Below, piece after piece: positions 51,710 to 58,902 of a DNA stretch of 58,902 nucleotides (position 1 is its first letter; each line of letters starts with the position of its first letter). Under the pieces are notes generated by a model. It had not been told where the DNA came from. It worked only from the letters and a program-made list of their open reading frames with translations, and ran no database searches. This DNA is from Acidobacteriota bacterium. GTDB taxonomy: Bacteria > Acidobacteriota > JAAYUB01. The position numbers were made by a program, and so were the translations under genes. The stretch is from NCBI GenBank assembly GCA_017996395.1, contig JAGOHA010000007.1:1-58902 (forward strand), in the 5' to 3' direction.

Positions 51710-53917
51710 TCAGAAATCGGGCCCCAGCGAGATGGTCAGCTCCCAACGGCCCGATTCGCCCGCGCCCACGAACACCTGCAGGGGCCCCAGCAGCGTGGTC
51801 AGCGCGTAGCCCACGCCGCCACCATGGAAGTAGCGGTACGGCACGCCGAGTTCGATCATGCCGTCAGACAAATCCGGGTAGCGGGCGCCGGCCAGGCCGT
51901 ACCGGACCAGCAGGTACGCGTCGCTGCTCAGTCCGATGGCGGGGCTGGGAAAGCGCCGCCGATACTCGACCAGTCCGGTCCAGAGGTCCCGGCCGAAGAT
52001 CTCGTCCACTGCGTAACCGGGGAGCGGCGTCGAGGCCATCCGCAGATCGTTCTGCCCGCCGGCGAAATGAATGAAGTAGGCCGGCAGGTCGACGCCCCAG
52101 CCGGCGTAACCGGAGACATGCAGCACGTTGTTTTCGGTCAGCGGCCAGTAGGCGGCAGCCGTCCCGGTGATGCGGGTGTAATCGAGATCGCCGCCGAGCC
52201 CGGGGAGCGCCCGGTCCACGTGCGCGTCGACGCGGAAACCGGACTGGGGGAACGCCCATCGATCCAGGGTGTCCACCCCGGCTCCCACCCGGATGAAGGT
52301 GAGCCGGTCGCTGCCGCTCTCGTCGAACCGGCCGAAGGTGGCCATGTTCACCTTTTCAAAAACCAGCGCGCCGTACACGCCGACCGCGTTGCCCACGTCG
52401 ACCGTGAGGCCGGTGGTGAACCCGTAGTGCTTCTCGTCAAACACCTCCACCGGCTCCTCCTGGTACAGGATCTTGTGGGGCGTGCGGGCGAAGAACAACT
52501 CGTTGCGCCAGATCACGGGCACGCCCGCCGGCACCGGGGTGCGCAGACCGAAGCGGAACTCCTTGAGCTGGCCCAGCAGCAGATCCAGCTCCAGGTCGGA
52601 ACCGGTCTGCAGCACATTGCGGTCGCGCAACCGGGCCCGCCCGGTGAACTGGTAGTCGGTGTCGTAGCGCAGGCCCAGAGTCAGCGACGCCTTGGGCAGC
52701 GTGTCCACCAGGTAGGCGAGCTCGGCTTCGCCGTTGTCCAGCTTCAGATCGTAGCCCACGGTGCGATAGCGGTCCATGGCGTAGATCTTCTCCACGGAGC
52801 GCTCCAGCATGTCGGGGGTGGCCGGCTTGCCGAGCCGGGCGCCCGACTTGGTCAGCGCCTCGAGGGGATTGTCCGTGTCGTCGCCCACCAGCTCCACGAC
52901 CTCCAGCGGCCGCGTGTAGCCCTGGCGGTCCGGCGCGGTGCGCGGCGGCGCGCCCGGCGCGGCGGCGAAGATCTCGCGGAGCCGGGGCAGATCCGCCCGG
53001 GCGGCGTCGTACCCTTGCTGGATGAGTTCGCGGGCCAGGTGGAAGTCGGCGATGGAAAAATCGAGCACATCCGGAGCGACGACCAGATCCGCCATCGCCA
53101 TGAGCCGCCGGTCCTTCTCCTGCCGGACGAGGGTGCTGGACTCATCCCAGATTTCGATGAGGTTCTTCAGCTTTTTCCGCTCCGGCGCGGTGGAGCCGGA
53201 AACGTTGACGGCGACGACCGCTGGGTAGCCCCACTCGCGGGCGATGTCCACGGGGATGTTGTTGAGGATGCCGCCGTCCACCAGCAGCATGCCATCCAAT
53301 TCGACGGGGGTGAACACCGAGGGGATCGAAATGCTGGCGCGCACGGCCTGGCTGAGGCGACCGCCGCTGAATGTGTGCGCCCGGCCGTGCCGGAGGTCGG
53401 TGGCCACGCAGCGGAATGGGCGTGGCAGCCGGTCGAAGTCGTGCACGTGCTGCACGCCCGCCGTGGTGAAGGCGCGATCGAGCTGCTTGATGACGCCCTG
53501 GCCGGCGATGATGCCCGACGGCAGGTCCAGCGCCCGGCCTTCCAGGTACAGGGTGAGTCCCGGGAACCGGCCGGCCTCCTTTTGGTCGTAGTCCACCAGC
53601 CGCCGGTTCGGTTCCTCGCGGATCAGGTCCGCGTAGTCCATGGTCAGGAAGAAATCGGCAATCTGCTGGCTGGTGTAGCCGGCGCAGTACAGCGAACCCA
53701 CCAGCGCCCCGGCGCTGGTGCCGATCACGGCCGCCGGTTCGAGCCCCTCCTCCTCCAGGACCTTGAGCACGCCGATGTGCGCCAGTCCGCGGGCGCCGCC
53801 CCCGCCGAGCACCAGGCAGACGCCGCTCCGGCGCGGGGCCGGGTCGTTGGCCGCCCCGGCGCTTCCCCAGAGCAGGGCCAGCGCCAGCAATCCCAGGATC
53901 ACTCGAAGTCCGTGCAT
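51710..53917 (-). CDS. Patatin-like phospholipase fused to an Omp85/surface-antigen beta-barrel (PlpD-like, type Vd secretion architecture)
   Basis: 735 aa with a signal peptide. Patatin motifs: GGGGARG, GTSAG, LVDGGIL. The C-terminal ~350 aa is beta-strand rich and ends ...TISLGPDF. Confidence 0.85.
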   Translation of the reverse strand: MHGLRVILGLLALALLWGSAGAANDPAPRRSGVCLVLGGGGARGLAHIGVLKVLEEEGLEPAAVIGTSAGALVGSLYCAGYTSQQIADFFLTMDYADLIREEPNRRLVDYDQKEAGRFPGLTLYLEGRALDLPSGIIAGQGVIKQLDRAFTTAGVQHVHDFDRLPRPFRCVATDLRHGRAHTFSGGRLSQAVRASISIPSVFTPVELDGMLLVDGGILNNIPVDIAREWGYPAVVAVNVSGSTAPERKKLKNLIEIWDESSTLVRQEKDRRLMAMADLVVAPDVLDFSIADFHLARELIQQGYDAARADLPRLREIFAAAPGAPPRTAPDRQGYTRPLEVVELVGDDTDNPLEALTKSGARLGKPATPDMLERSVEKIYAMDRYRTVGYDLKLDNGEAELAYLVDTLPKASLTLGLRYDTDYQFTGRARLRDRNVLQTGSDLELDLLLGQLKEFRFGLRTPVPAGVPVIWRNELFFARTPHKILYQEEPVEVFDEKHYGFTTGLTVDVGNAVGVYGALVFEKVNMATFGRFDESGSDRLTFIRVGAGVDTLDRWAFPQSGFRVDAHVDRALPGLGGDLDYTRITGTAAAYWPLTENNVLHVSGYAGWGVDLPAYFIHFAGGQNDLRMASTPLPGYAVDEIFGRDLWTGLVEYRRRFPSPAIGLSSDAYLLVRYGLAGARYPDLSDGMIELGVPYRYFHGGGVGYALTTLLGPLQVFVGAGESGRWELTISLGPDF

Positions 53918-54084
53918 GAGACCTCCGCCGGATGGGCCGCGATGATGGCCTATTTCATCACATCGTCCCGTCGAACACCAAGAGGGGAAATCCGCCGGCG
54001 GCCGGCGGTGCCGACCGGCGGGCCGGTTGCCTGCGATCGGAGCGTTATATGTATTCAGGAAGCAGCGGGAGACGGCGGCAGAAA

Positions 54085-54579
54085 TCAGCCGCTGAGCCGC
54101 TTGACAAAGATGACCTTGTCGTCGCCCGGGGCGTAGTAATCTTTCAGCACCGCCTCGATGCTGTAGCCGGTGCGAAGGTAGAATTCGCGGGTGGGCAGGT
54201 ATTGCGGCCGCGATGCCGTCTCGATGTAAACGGCCCGGCCGGACATGGCCGCGATACGCCGCTCGGACTCGTGCAGCAAAATCTTGCCGATGCCCTGTCC
54301 GCGGTAATCATCGTGGACGCCGATCCAGTACAGGTCGAAGCTGCCGACGGTGCACGGGATGGACCCGAAGCATGTGTAGCCGACCAACCGGCCATCTGTT
54401 TCGGCGAAGATGAAGTGATAACCGCTCTCGGGACCGTGCTCCAGTCCCGTCTCCACCAGCTCCACCGCCACGTCCACCTCGAAGGGATAGAAAAAACCGG
54501 CCGACTCCAGGATCTCCCGTACCCGCCGGGGATCGTCGGGAGCGGGCTGCTCACGAAACCGGACAGCTTCGGGGTTCAC
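54085..54579 (-). CDS. GNAT-family N-acetyltransferase
   Basis: 164 aa with acetyl-CoA motif DYRGQGIGKILL. The start overlaps the upstream ATP-grasp gene by 29 nt. Confidence 0.85.
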   Translation of the reverse strand: MNPEAVRFREQPAPDDPRRVREILESAGFFYPFEVDVAVELVETGLEHGPESGYHFIFAETDGRLVGYTCFGSIPCTVGSFDLYWIGVHDDYRGQGIGKILLHESERRIAAMSGRAVYIETASRPQYLPTREFYLRTGYSIEAVLKDYYAPGDDKVIFVKRLSG

Positions 54580-55573
54580 GGTTGCCCTCCACTACGTGTC
54601 GGTCCAGCGCGTCCCGGACAATGCGCCGGATCATCTGGGTGTAATTCAGGCCGACCCGGGCGGCTGCGGCGGCGAAGCCGCTGTACGGGGCGATGCAGGG
54701 GTTGGCGTTGACTTCCAACACCCAGGGTTGACCCTGGGGATCCACCCGGAAATCCACCCGGGCGTAACCACCAAGCCCGAACGTTCGCCAGCAGCGTTCG
54801 GCGATCTCGCTGAGCTGCTGGAGCAGGGGTTGCTCCTCGGGTTCGAAATCGAAACTTCGTTCCGTGTGCAGGAATTCGAAACTCTCCTCGTCCCACTTGG
54901 CCTGGTAGTCGACCACCTTGTACTTGCCGGCCGGATAGTCGAGAAACCGGATCTCCGGCACGGGCAGCACCTGGCCGGCCAGCACGGCGACATTGAACTC
55001 CCGACCGTCGATGTAATGCTCGGCGAAATATTCCCGACCGGTCCGGATGCGCCGTTCCTTGAGAAGATTGCGGATCGCCGACGTCTTCACCGTGACGATG
55101 GCGTCTTCCGTGAACCAGCTCGACGCGTGATCCCAGTTCGATTTGATGATGAACGTATGCTTGCCCGGCGGCATGGTGCAATCGTCCTGCGACACCCACG
55201 GGGCGGTCTGGAACCCGGCACCGCGCAGCACCCGCTTGGCGAGAATTTTATTCGTGCTGATGAACAGGGCCTCGGTGGGGCAGCCGGTGTAGGGGATCCC
55301 CAGATGATCCAGCAGGGATGCGCCCCAGTGCAGGAGCCGGCTGTCGTCGCTGACGGATTCCACCAGATTGAAGACGCAGCACGGGTCCGCTTCCCGGATC
55401 AGATCGATGGTGCGGGGGATGTTCAGATCGAAGGTGACCACCGTTGGCTCATAGCGCAGCTTCTTCAGCGCCTGCTGGACGGCGTTCACCTGGTCGAGCA
55501 GGTTCTTGTCGTCCTCGGGAGCGTCCGGGAGGACCGGGTTGTGCAGGATGACCACGCGTTTGTTTTTTTTCAT
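54551..55573 (-). CDS. D-alanine--D-alanine ligase family ATP-grasp enzyme (paralog 2)
   Basis: 340 aa. Ddl-like N-domain (VFNLVESVSDDSRLLHWGASLLDHLGIPYTG) and ATP-grasp core (GREFNVAVL, ARVDFRVD, VLEVNANP). ATGA overlap with paralog 1. Confidence 0.8.
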   Translation of the reverse strand: MKKNKRVVILHNPVLPDAPEDDKNLLDQVNAVQQALKKLRYEPTVVTFDLNIPRTIDLIREADPCCVFNLVESVSDDSRLLHWGASLLDHLGIPYTGCPTEALFISTNKILAKRVLRGAGFQTAPWVSQDDCTMPPGKHTFIIKSNWDHASSWFTEDAIVTVKTSAIRNLLKERRIRTGREYFAEHYIDGREFNVAVLAGQVLPVPEIRFLDYPAGKYKVVDYQAKWDEESFEFLHTERSFDFEPEEQPLLQQLSEIAERCWRTFGLGGYARVDFRVDPQGQPWVLEVNANPCIAPYSGFAAAAARVGLNYTQMIRRIVRDALDRHVVEGNREPRSCPVS

Positions 55574-56547
55574 GCGCTCAGCCTCTCGCGGGCGGACTCC
55601 ATGATCTGTTCGATGAGCTGTTCGTAAGCGATCCCGGACAACCGGCAGATGATCGGCAGGTCGGAATCAACCGGGTGGAGTCCCGCCAGCGGATTCACCT
55701 CCAGAAAGTTTGGTGTGCCGGCCGCGTCCAGGCGGATGTCCACGCGTCCGGCGTCTCGGCAACCCAGGCCCCGCCAGACGCGCAGCGCCAGGTCCATGCA
55801 CGATTGCGCCAGCTCGCCGTCGAGCCGGCTGTAGTCGACGAGGTCGCGGTAATTTTTCTTGGTGGCAAACGAGTAGGCGTCGGTCTCCGCGTGTCCGCGC
55901 ACCGACACCTCGAGCACGCCGACGGCGCGCGCGCGGCGCCCGGTGCCCAGCACGCCCACCGTGAACTCGCGTCCCGGCAGGTACGTCTCCACCAGTACCG
56001 GCTGGCGGAAGGTGCGCAGCAGTTCGACGCAGACATCCGGCAGGTCGCCGGGTTCGGTGACCTTGGAACGGGCGTTGATGCCCTTGCTGGTGCCCTCGGC
56101 CACCGGTTTCACGAACAGGGGGCACGGCAGTGCGACGGCGACGGCGTCGAGGCGGTCCGCCACGACGGCGAAGTCCGGCGTCGGCACGCCCAGGTCGCGC
56201 ACGGCATGCTTGGCCAGACCCTTGTGCAGCGACAAGCCGAGCACCACCGGATCGGAGAACGTGTAGGGCATGCGGTACGCGTCGAGCAGCGCCGGCACCA
56301 GCGATTCCCGTCCGAGGCCGTGCAGTCCCTCGGCGATGTTGAAGACCATGTCCCAGCGATCGCCGGCGGCCAGGCGGTCGATCAGCCGGCGGGCGTTGCC
56401 GATCCGGTCGGTGGCGTGGCCCGCCGCGGTCAGCGCCGTTTCGATCGCCACGATGGTGTCAACCTGGTCGAACTCGGCGGCGGCCTCTTCGGAAAAACCT
56501 TCCGCCAGATAATCGTCCTTCAGGTCGTAAGCGATCCCGATGCGCAT
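55570..56547 (-). CDS. D-alanine--D-alanine ligase family ATP-grasp enzyme (paralog 1)
   Basis: 325 aa. FNIAEGLHGLGRESLVPALLDAYRMPYTFS, PLFVKPVAEGTSKG, GREFTVGVLG, GRVDIRLD, FLEVNPLAG. Confidence 0.82.
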   Translation of the reverse strand: MRIGIAYDLKDDYLAEGFSEEAAAEFDQVDTIVAIETALTAAGHATDRIGNARRLIDRLAAGDRWDMVFNIAEGLHGLGRESLVPALLDAYRMPYTFSDPVVLGLSLHKGLAKHAVRDLGVPTPDFAVVADRLDAVAVALPCPLFVKPVAEGTSKGINARSKVTEPGDLPDVCVELLRTFRQPVLVETYLPGREFTVGVLGTGRRARAVGVLEVSVRGHAETDAYSFATKKNYRDLVDYSRLDGELAQSCMDLALRVWRGLGCRDAGRVDIRLDAAGTPNFLEVNPLAGLHPVDSDLPIICRLSGIAYEQLIEQIMESARERLSA

Positions 56548-56694
56548 GCGGTCATCCTTGCGGTTGAAGCGGGCGGGTGATGCGCCCCGCCCCGGTTTGC
56601 AACAGCCGACCGGCTGTCGCCGGGTTGCTGTGATCGTTCTGTGCGCGCGCTCGTGCTCTCCACATGGGAACGTTCGATCCGCGAACGTATGACT

Positions 56695-56723
56695 ACTTTA
56701 GATAGAAGACGGAAGAGTGTCAA
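56695..56723 (-). promoter_or_regulatory. Near-consensus sigma70 promoter of the ATP-grasp/GNAT operon
   Basis: The minus strand reads TTGACA-N17-TAAAGT (plus-strand tgtcaa 56718-56723, acttta 56695-56700). It predicts a leader of about 140 nt. Confidence 0.55.
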
Positions 56724-56724
56724 C

Positions 56725-56756
56725 AATAAAACGGCCACGTCGTCGGCGACGACGTG
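56725..56756 (-). terminator. Rho-independent terminator after the nucleotidyltransferase gene
   Basis: Perfect 9-bp stem CACGTCGTC/GACGACGTG with loop GCC. On the minus strand it is followed by GCCGTTTTATTG. It starts 2 nt after the stop codon. Confidence 0.7.
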
Positions 56757-56758
56757 CG

Positions 56759-58902
56759 TCACGGCGCGATGACCGCCGCGATGCGCGCGATGGCCCGCTG
56801 CGATCGCGCCCGGTGATATCGGTAGGTGCGCAACAGCCGCGACGCGGTGCCCCCCGCGCCGGCGATCTCGCCCGGCTCGAAACCCATGCGGTGGGCGGTG
56901 GCGAGCAGCCGGTCCCGCAGGATGTGATCATCCTCGGTCTGCGACAGCGAGTACGTGTCGCGGAAATACCGCATGAAGCGATAGGCCCGCTCCAGTGTCC
57001 GCAGGTCGGCGGCCTGCGCCGGGAGGGCGTCCGCCAGCGTCTCGCACGCCGCCCATAGAGTCGGCTCCCGGCGCCCGATGCGGGCCAGCGCGGCGGTCAC
57101 CACCGACTGGATGTCGCGCAGCGCGCCGGGATCCTCGCGGACGTTCACCGTGTCGCCGCGCCGGCTGAGCTGGTACGCCTGTCGCTCATCGATCTCCGCG
57201 AGCATGTCGCGGATGAAGCGGTCCGGTTGCCGGAACAGGTGACGGTCCAGCAGCTCGCCGATCGCAGCGTCGAACGAGTGGCTGCCGATCATCAGGCGGC
57301 TGCCCATCAGCAGCGACAGCTCGATGAAATCGTGCTCGCGCGGCGTGGCCAGAAACTCTTCGAGCCGGTCCAGCGAGAAGGCGAACGTGCCGAAGAACTC
57401 CGTCAGGCGGTGGTGGGGCATGATGCCGCGGCGGGTCAGCTCGCGGTTCAGATCGTTGATCAGACCGATGGCGTAACGGCCGAATTCCGGGCTTCGCTCC
57501 CGGGTCAGCACGAAGAGGTCCAGGTCCTGTTCGAACGCTTCCTCGCGGGCGTAGCCGCCCGCGCAGAAGACGGCGAGCGGTTGATCGTCCTCGTCGCGCT
57601 CGCGGTAGTGCAGACCGGCCAGACCCTGCGCTTCCACCTGCCACTGGCACGCCCGGTAGAGCCAGCGGAAGTACCGGCGGAAAAACTCGTGGTACGCACC
57701 GTAGAGCAGCTTCAGGTCGCCGGGCTGGCTGACGGCCAGGAGGCCGCAGCGGCAGAAGCCGAATTCATAGTAGACGCCGAGCCGGCGCTTGAGTTCCTCC
57801 GGTCCGTCGGCATCGGCCAGCTCGGCCCACAGGGTGTCGGCGGTGCCTCGCAGGTAATCGCGGTCGTCGGGATGCGTTACGATCTCCGGCTGCTCCCGCG
57901 ACACGCGGGCGAAACAGCGGCGGTAATGATTGGAAGAGAAGGTCAGCAAGTCGCACAGCAGGCTGAACCGCTTGCGGGCGCGCGCGTCGACGGCGGACTG
58001 GGTGGCGGGGTGCCCGGCGAGCTGGCGGAGCCGGAGCAGCTGATCCCGGTCGAACCCCAGCAGGAACTCCGTTACGGTCGCCGGCCAGTGGGGCAGGATC
58101 TCGATCAGCGCGGCCAGCCGGCCCGGCCGGGTGGCGAAATGTTCCAGCAGCCACTCCCGGGTGAACGCCGCGTACCGGGCGAAGGTTGGGCGGTCGGCGA
58201 AGCTCTGGAACAGCACGGCCGTCTGCACGATGGAATCCATGTCGAAGGCGAGCAGGCGCAGCAGCCGCTCAAAAGCCGGCTGCTGCTGCTCTTCGGGGAG
58301 CTGCTCCAGGCTGTTCATGATGGTCTGGATCGCGGTGCCCGAATCGCGCGCCAGAAGCTGAAAGATGTCGTCCCAGTAGATCATGCCCAGGTAGACCTGG
58401 AACAGCAGGAGGATGTTGAGGAAGACGTTCTCGGTCCAGACCACGGGGTAATCCGCGGGCCGGCCGCCCGCCGTGATCTGGTTGAACACGGTCACGCGCT
58501 GGAGGTGCTGATTGACCATGGCCAGCGCCAGGGGCGTCAGGGTGCGCAGCCGGTCCAGTTCCTCGTAGTAATGGGTCAGCAGCCGCAGGGCGGGCCGGAC
58601 GGGTCCCTGCGGGGCGAAGCCCAGCGCCTCGGCGACGCGGTCCAGGTGCCGGACGGCCACGGCGTCGTTGCTGTCGAAGGTGTCTTCCACCGAGACCATG
58701 AGCTGGTACACGTAGAAGAACATCTCGATGAAACTGAACACGTCCTGGAGGCCGGCATAGAGCCCCGCGTTTCCCGGATCGCGGACCTTGAGCAGCTCCA
58801 GCGTCTCGCGTGAACCGTGGGCGCGGATGTCATGGAAGGTCTTCAGCATGTTGGTGAGGTTGTGAATGAGCCGGAGCCCGTGGGTCTTGGGGCTGACCCA
58901 GG
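56759..58902 (-). CDS. GlnE/GlnD-like protein nucleotidyltransferase with a large helical N-terminal region; probably N-terminally incomplete
   Basis: NTase motif AVFCAGGYAREEAFEQDLDLFVL (G-G-x..D-x-D) plus a downstream GlnE-type helical domain. The frame stays open from Met 58849 up to the window edge (..WVSPKTHGLRLIHNLTNMLKTF), so the true start may lie outside the window. Confidence 0.65.
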   Translation of the reverse strand, partial: WVSPKTHGLRLIHNLTNMLKTFHDIRAHGSRETLELLKVRDPGNAGLYAGLQDVFSFIEMFFYVYQLMVSVEDTFDSNDAVAVRHLDRVAEALGFAPQGPVRPALRLLTHYYEELDRLRTLTPLALAMVNQHLQRVTVFNQITAGGRPADYPVVWTENVFLNILLLFQVYLGMIYWDDIFQLLARDSGTAIQTIMNSLEQLPEEQQQPAFERLLRLLAFDMDSIVQTAVLFQSFADRPTFARYAAFTREWLLEHFATRPGRLAALIEILPHWPATVTEFLLGFDRDQLLRLRQLAGHPATQSAVDARARKRFSLLCDLLTFSSNHYRRCFARVSREQPEIVTHPDDRDYLRGTADTLWAELADADGPEELKRRLGVYYEFGFCRCGLLAVSQPGDLKLLYGAYHEFFRRYFRWLYRACQWQVEAQGLAGLHYRERDEDDQPLAVFCAGGYAREEAFEQDLDLFVLTRERSPEFGRYAIGLINDLNRELTRRGIMPHHRLTEFFGTFAFSLDRLEEFLATPREHDFIELSLLMGSRLMIGSHSFDAAIGELLDRHLFRQPDRFIRDMLAEIDERQAYQLSRRGDTVNVREDPGALRDIQSVVTAALARIGRREPTLWAACETLADALPAQAADLRTLERAYRFMRYFRDTYSLSQTEDDHILRDRLLATAHRMGFEPGEIAGAGGTASRLLRTYRYHRARSQRAIARIAAVIAP

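Noticed and set aside
53992-54008. GC hairpin CCGCCGG-CCG-CCGGCGG downstream of the GNAT gene, considered as an operon terminator
   Set aside because: It is not listed as a feature. The stem is only 7 bp with a 3-nt loop, and the following tract (ATTTCCCC) is a poor U-run. It is mentioned only as possible insulation of the ATP-grasp/GNAT unit.
55563-55570. A8 homopolymer immediately after the ATG of ATP-grasp paralog 2, considered as a slippage or phase-variation tract or a ligase-ligase fusion signal
   Set aside because: It simply encodes Lys-Lys-Asn (MKKNKR). A frameshift would not bypass the upstream TGA in a useful way. A single 8-nt tract is weak evidence without population data.
1-58902. 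Search for CRISPR arrays, tRNA/rRNA genes, IS elements, integrases or prophage genes
   Set aside because: Reading the intergenic regions, I saw no regularly spaced direct repeats. I saw no T-loop or acceptor-like tRNA structures, and no transposase or integrase-like ORFs. The only compositional anomaly is the AT-rich island at 34250-34640.

Overview
High-G+C bacterial chromosomal segment carrying about 50 protein genes. I saw no rRNA, tRNA, CRISPR array, transposase or integrase. Positions 1-12989 (minus strand) hold a compact canonical type VI secretion core cluster, tssJ-K-L-M-A-B-C-hcp-tssE-F-G. tssG runs off the left edge, and no clpV, vgrG or PAAR gene lies inside the window. Genes continue on the same strand up to 19690. 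They are a SYLF/Ysc84-like protein, a DksA-type zinc-finger/PP2C (SpoIIE) phosphatase fusion, and a tightly coupled GldA/F/G-like ABC system with a DUF4340 protein. The plus-strand block 19909-33315 contains an unusually long GlmS-like amidotransferase, dnaE, and an A24 prepilin-peptidase-like protein with a mutated second catalytic motif. It also holds an orphan family-5 solute-binding lipoprotein, a hypothetical protein coupled to a Tat-signal DUF362 protein, sfsA, and an ECF sigma / anti-sigma pair. An orphan CBS-HEPN gene (33302-34135) borders a roughly 400-bp AT-rich island. After that come an OM beta-barrel protein, DUF4136, GH127, and a selD gene that needs an in-frame TGA (selenocysteine) the ORF track missed. 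They are followed by TPR, M50-CBS protease, an AgcS symporter coupled to an HPPD-like dioxygenase, GAF-HD-GYP and an amidinotransferase-fold enzyme. The remaining genes are a papain-like peptidase with a dockerin, an OmpA-family protein and a PlpD-like patatin/Omp85 (type Vd) protein. The window ends with a self-contained operon of two Ddl-like ATP-grasp ligases plus a GNAT, and a GlnE/GlnD-like nucleotidyltransferase that runs off the right edge. The best candidates for new biology are the ATP-grasp/ATP-grasp/GNAT operon with its structured leader, the CBS-HEPN gene with its AT-rich island, and the DksA-ZnF/PP2C fusion. The many long antisense or alternative-frame ORFs in the track are treated as high-GC artefacts.
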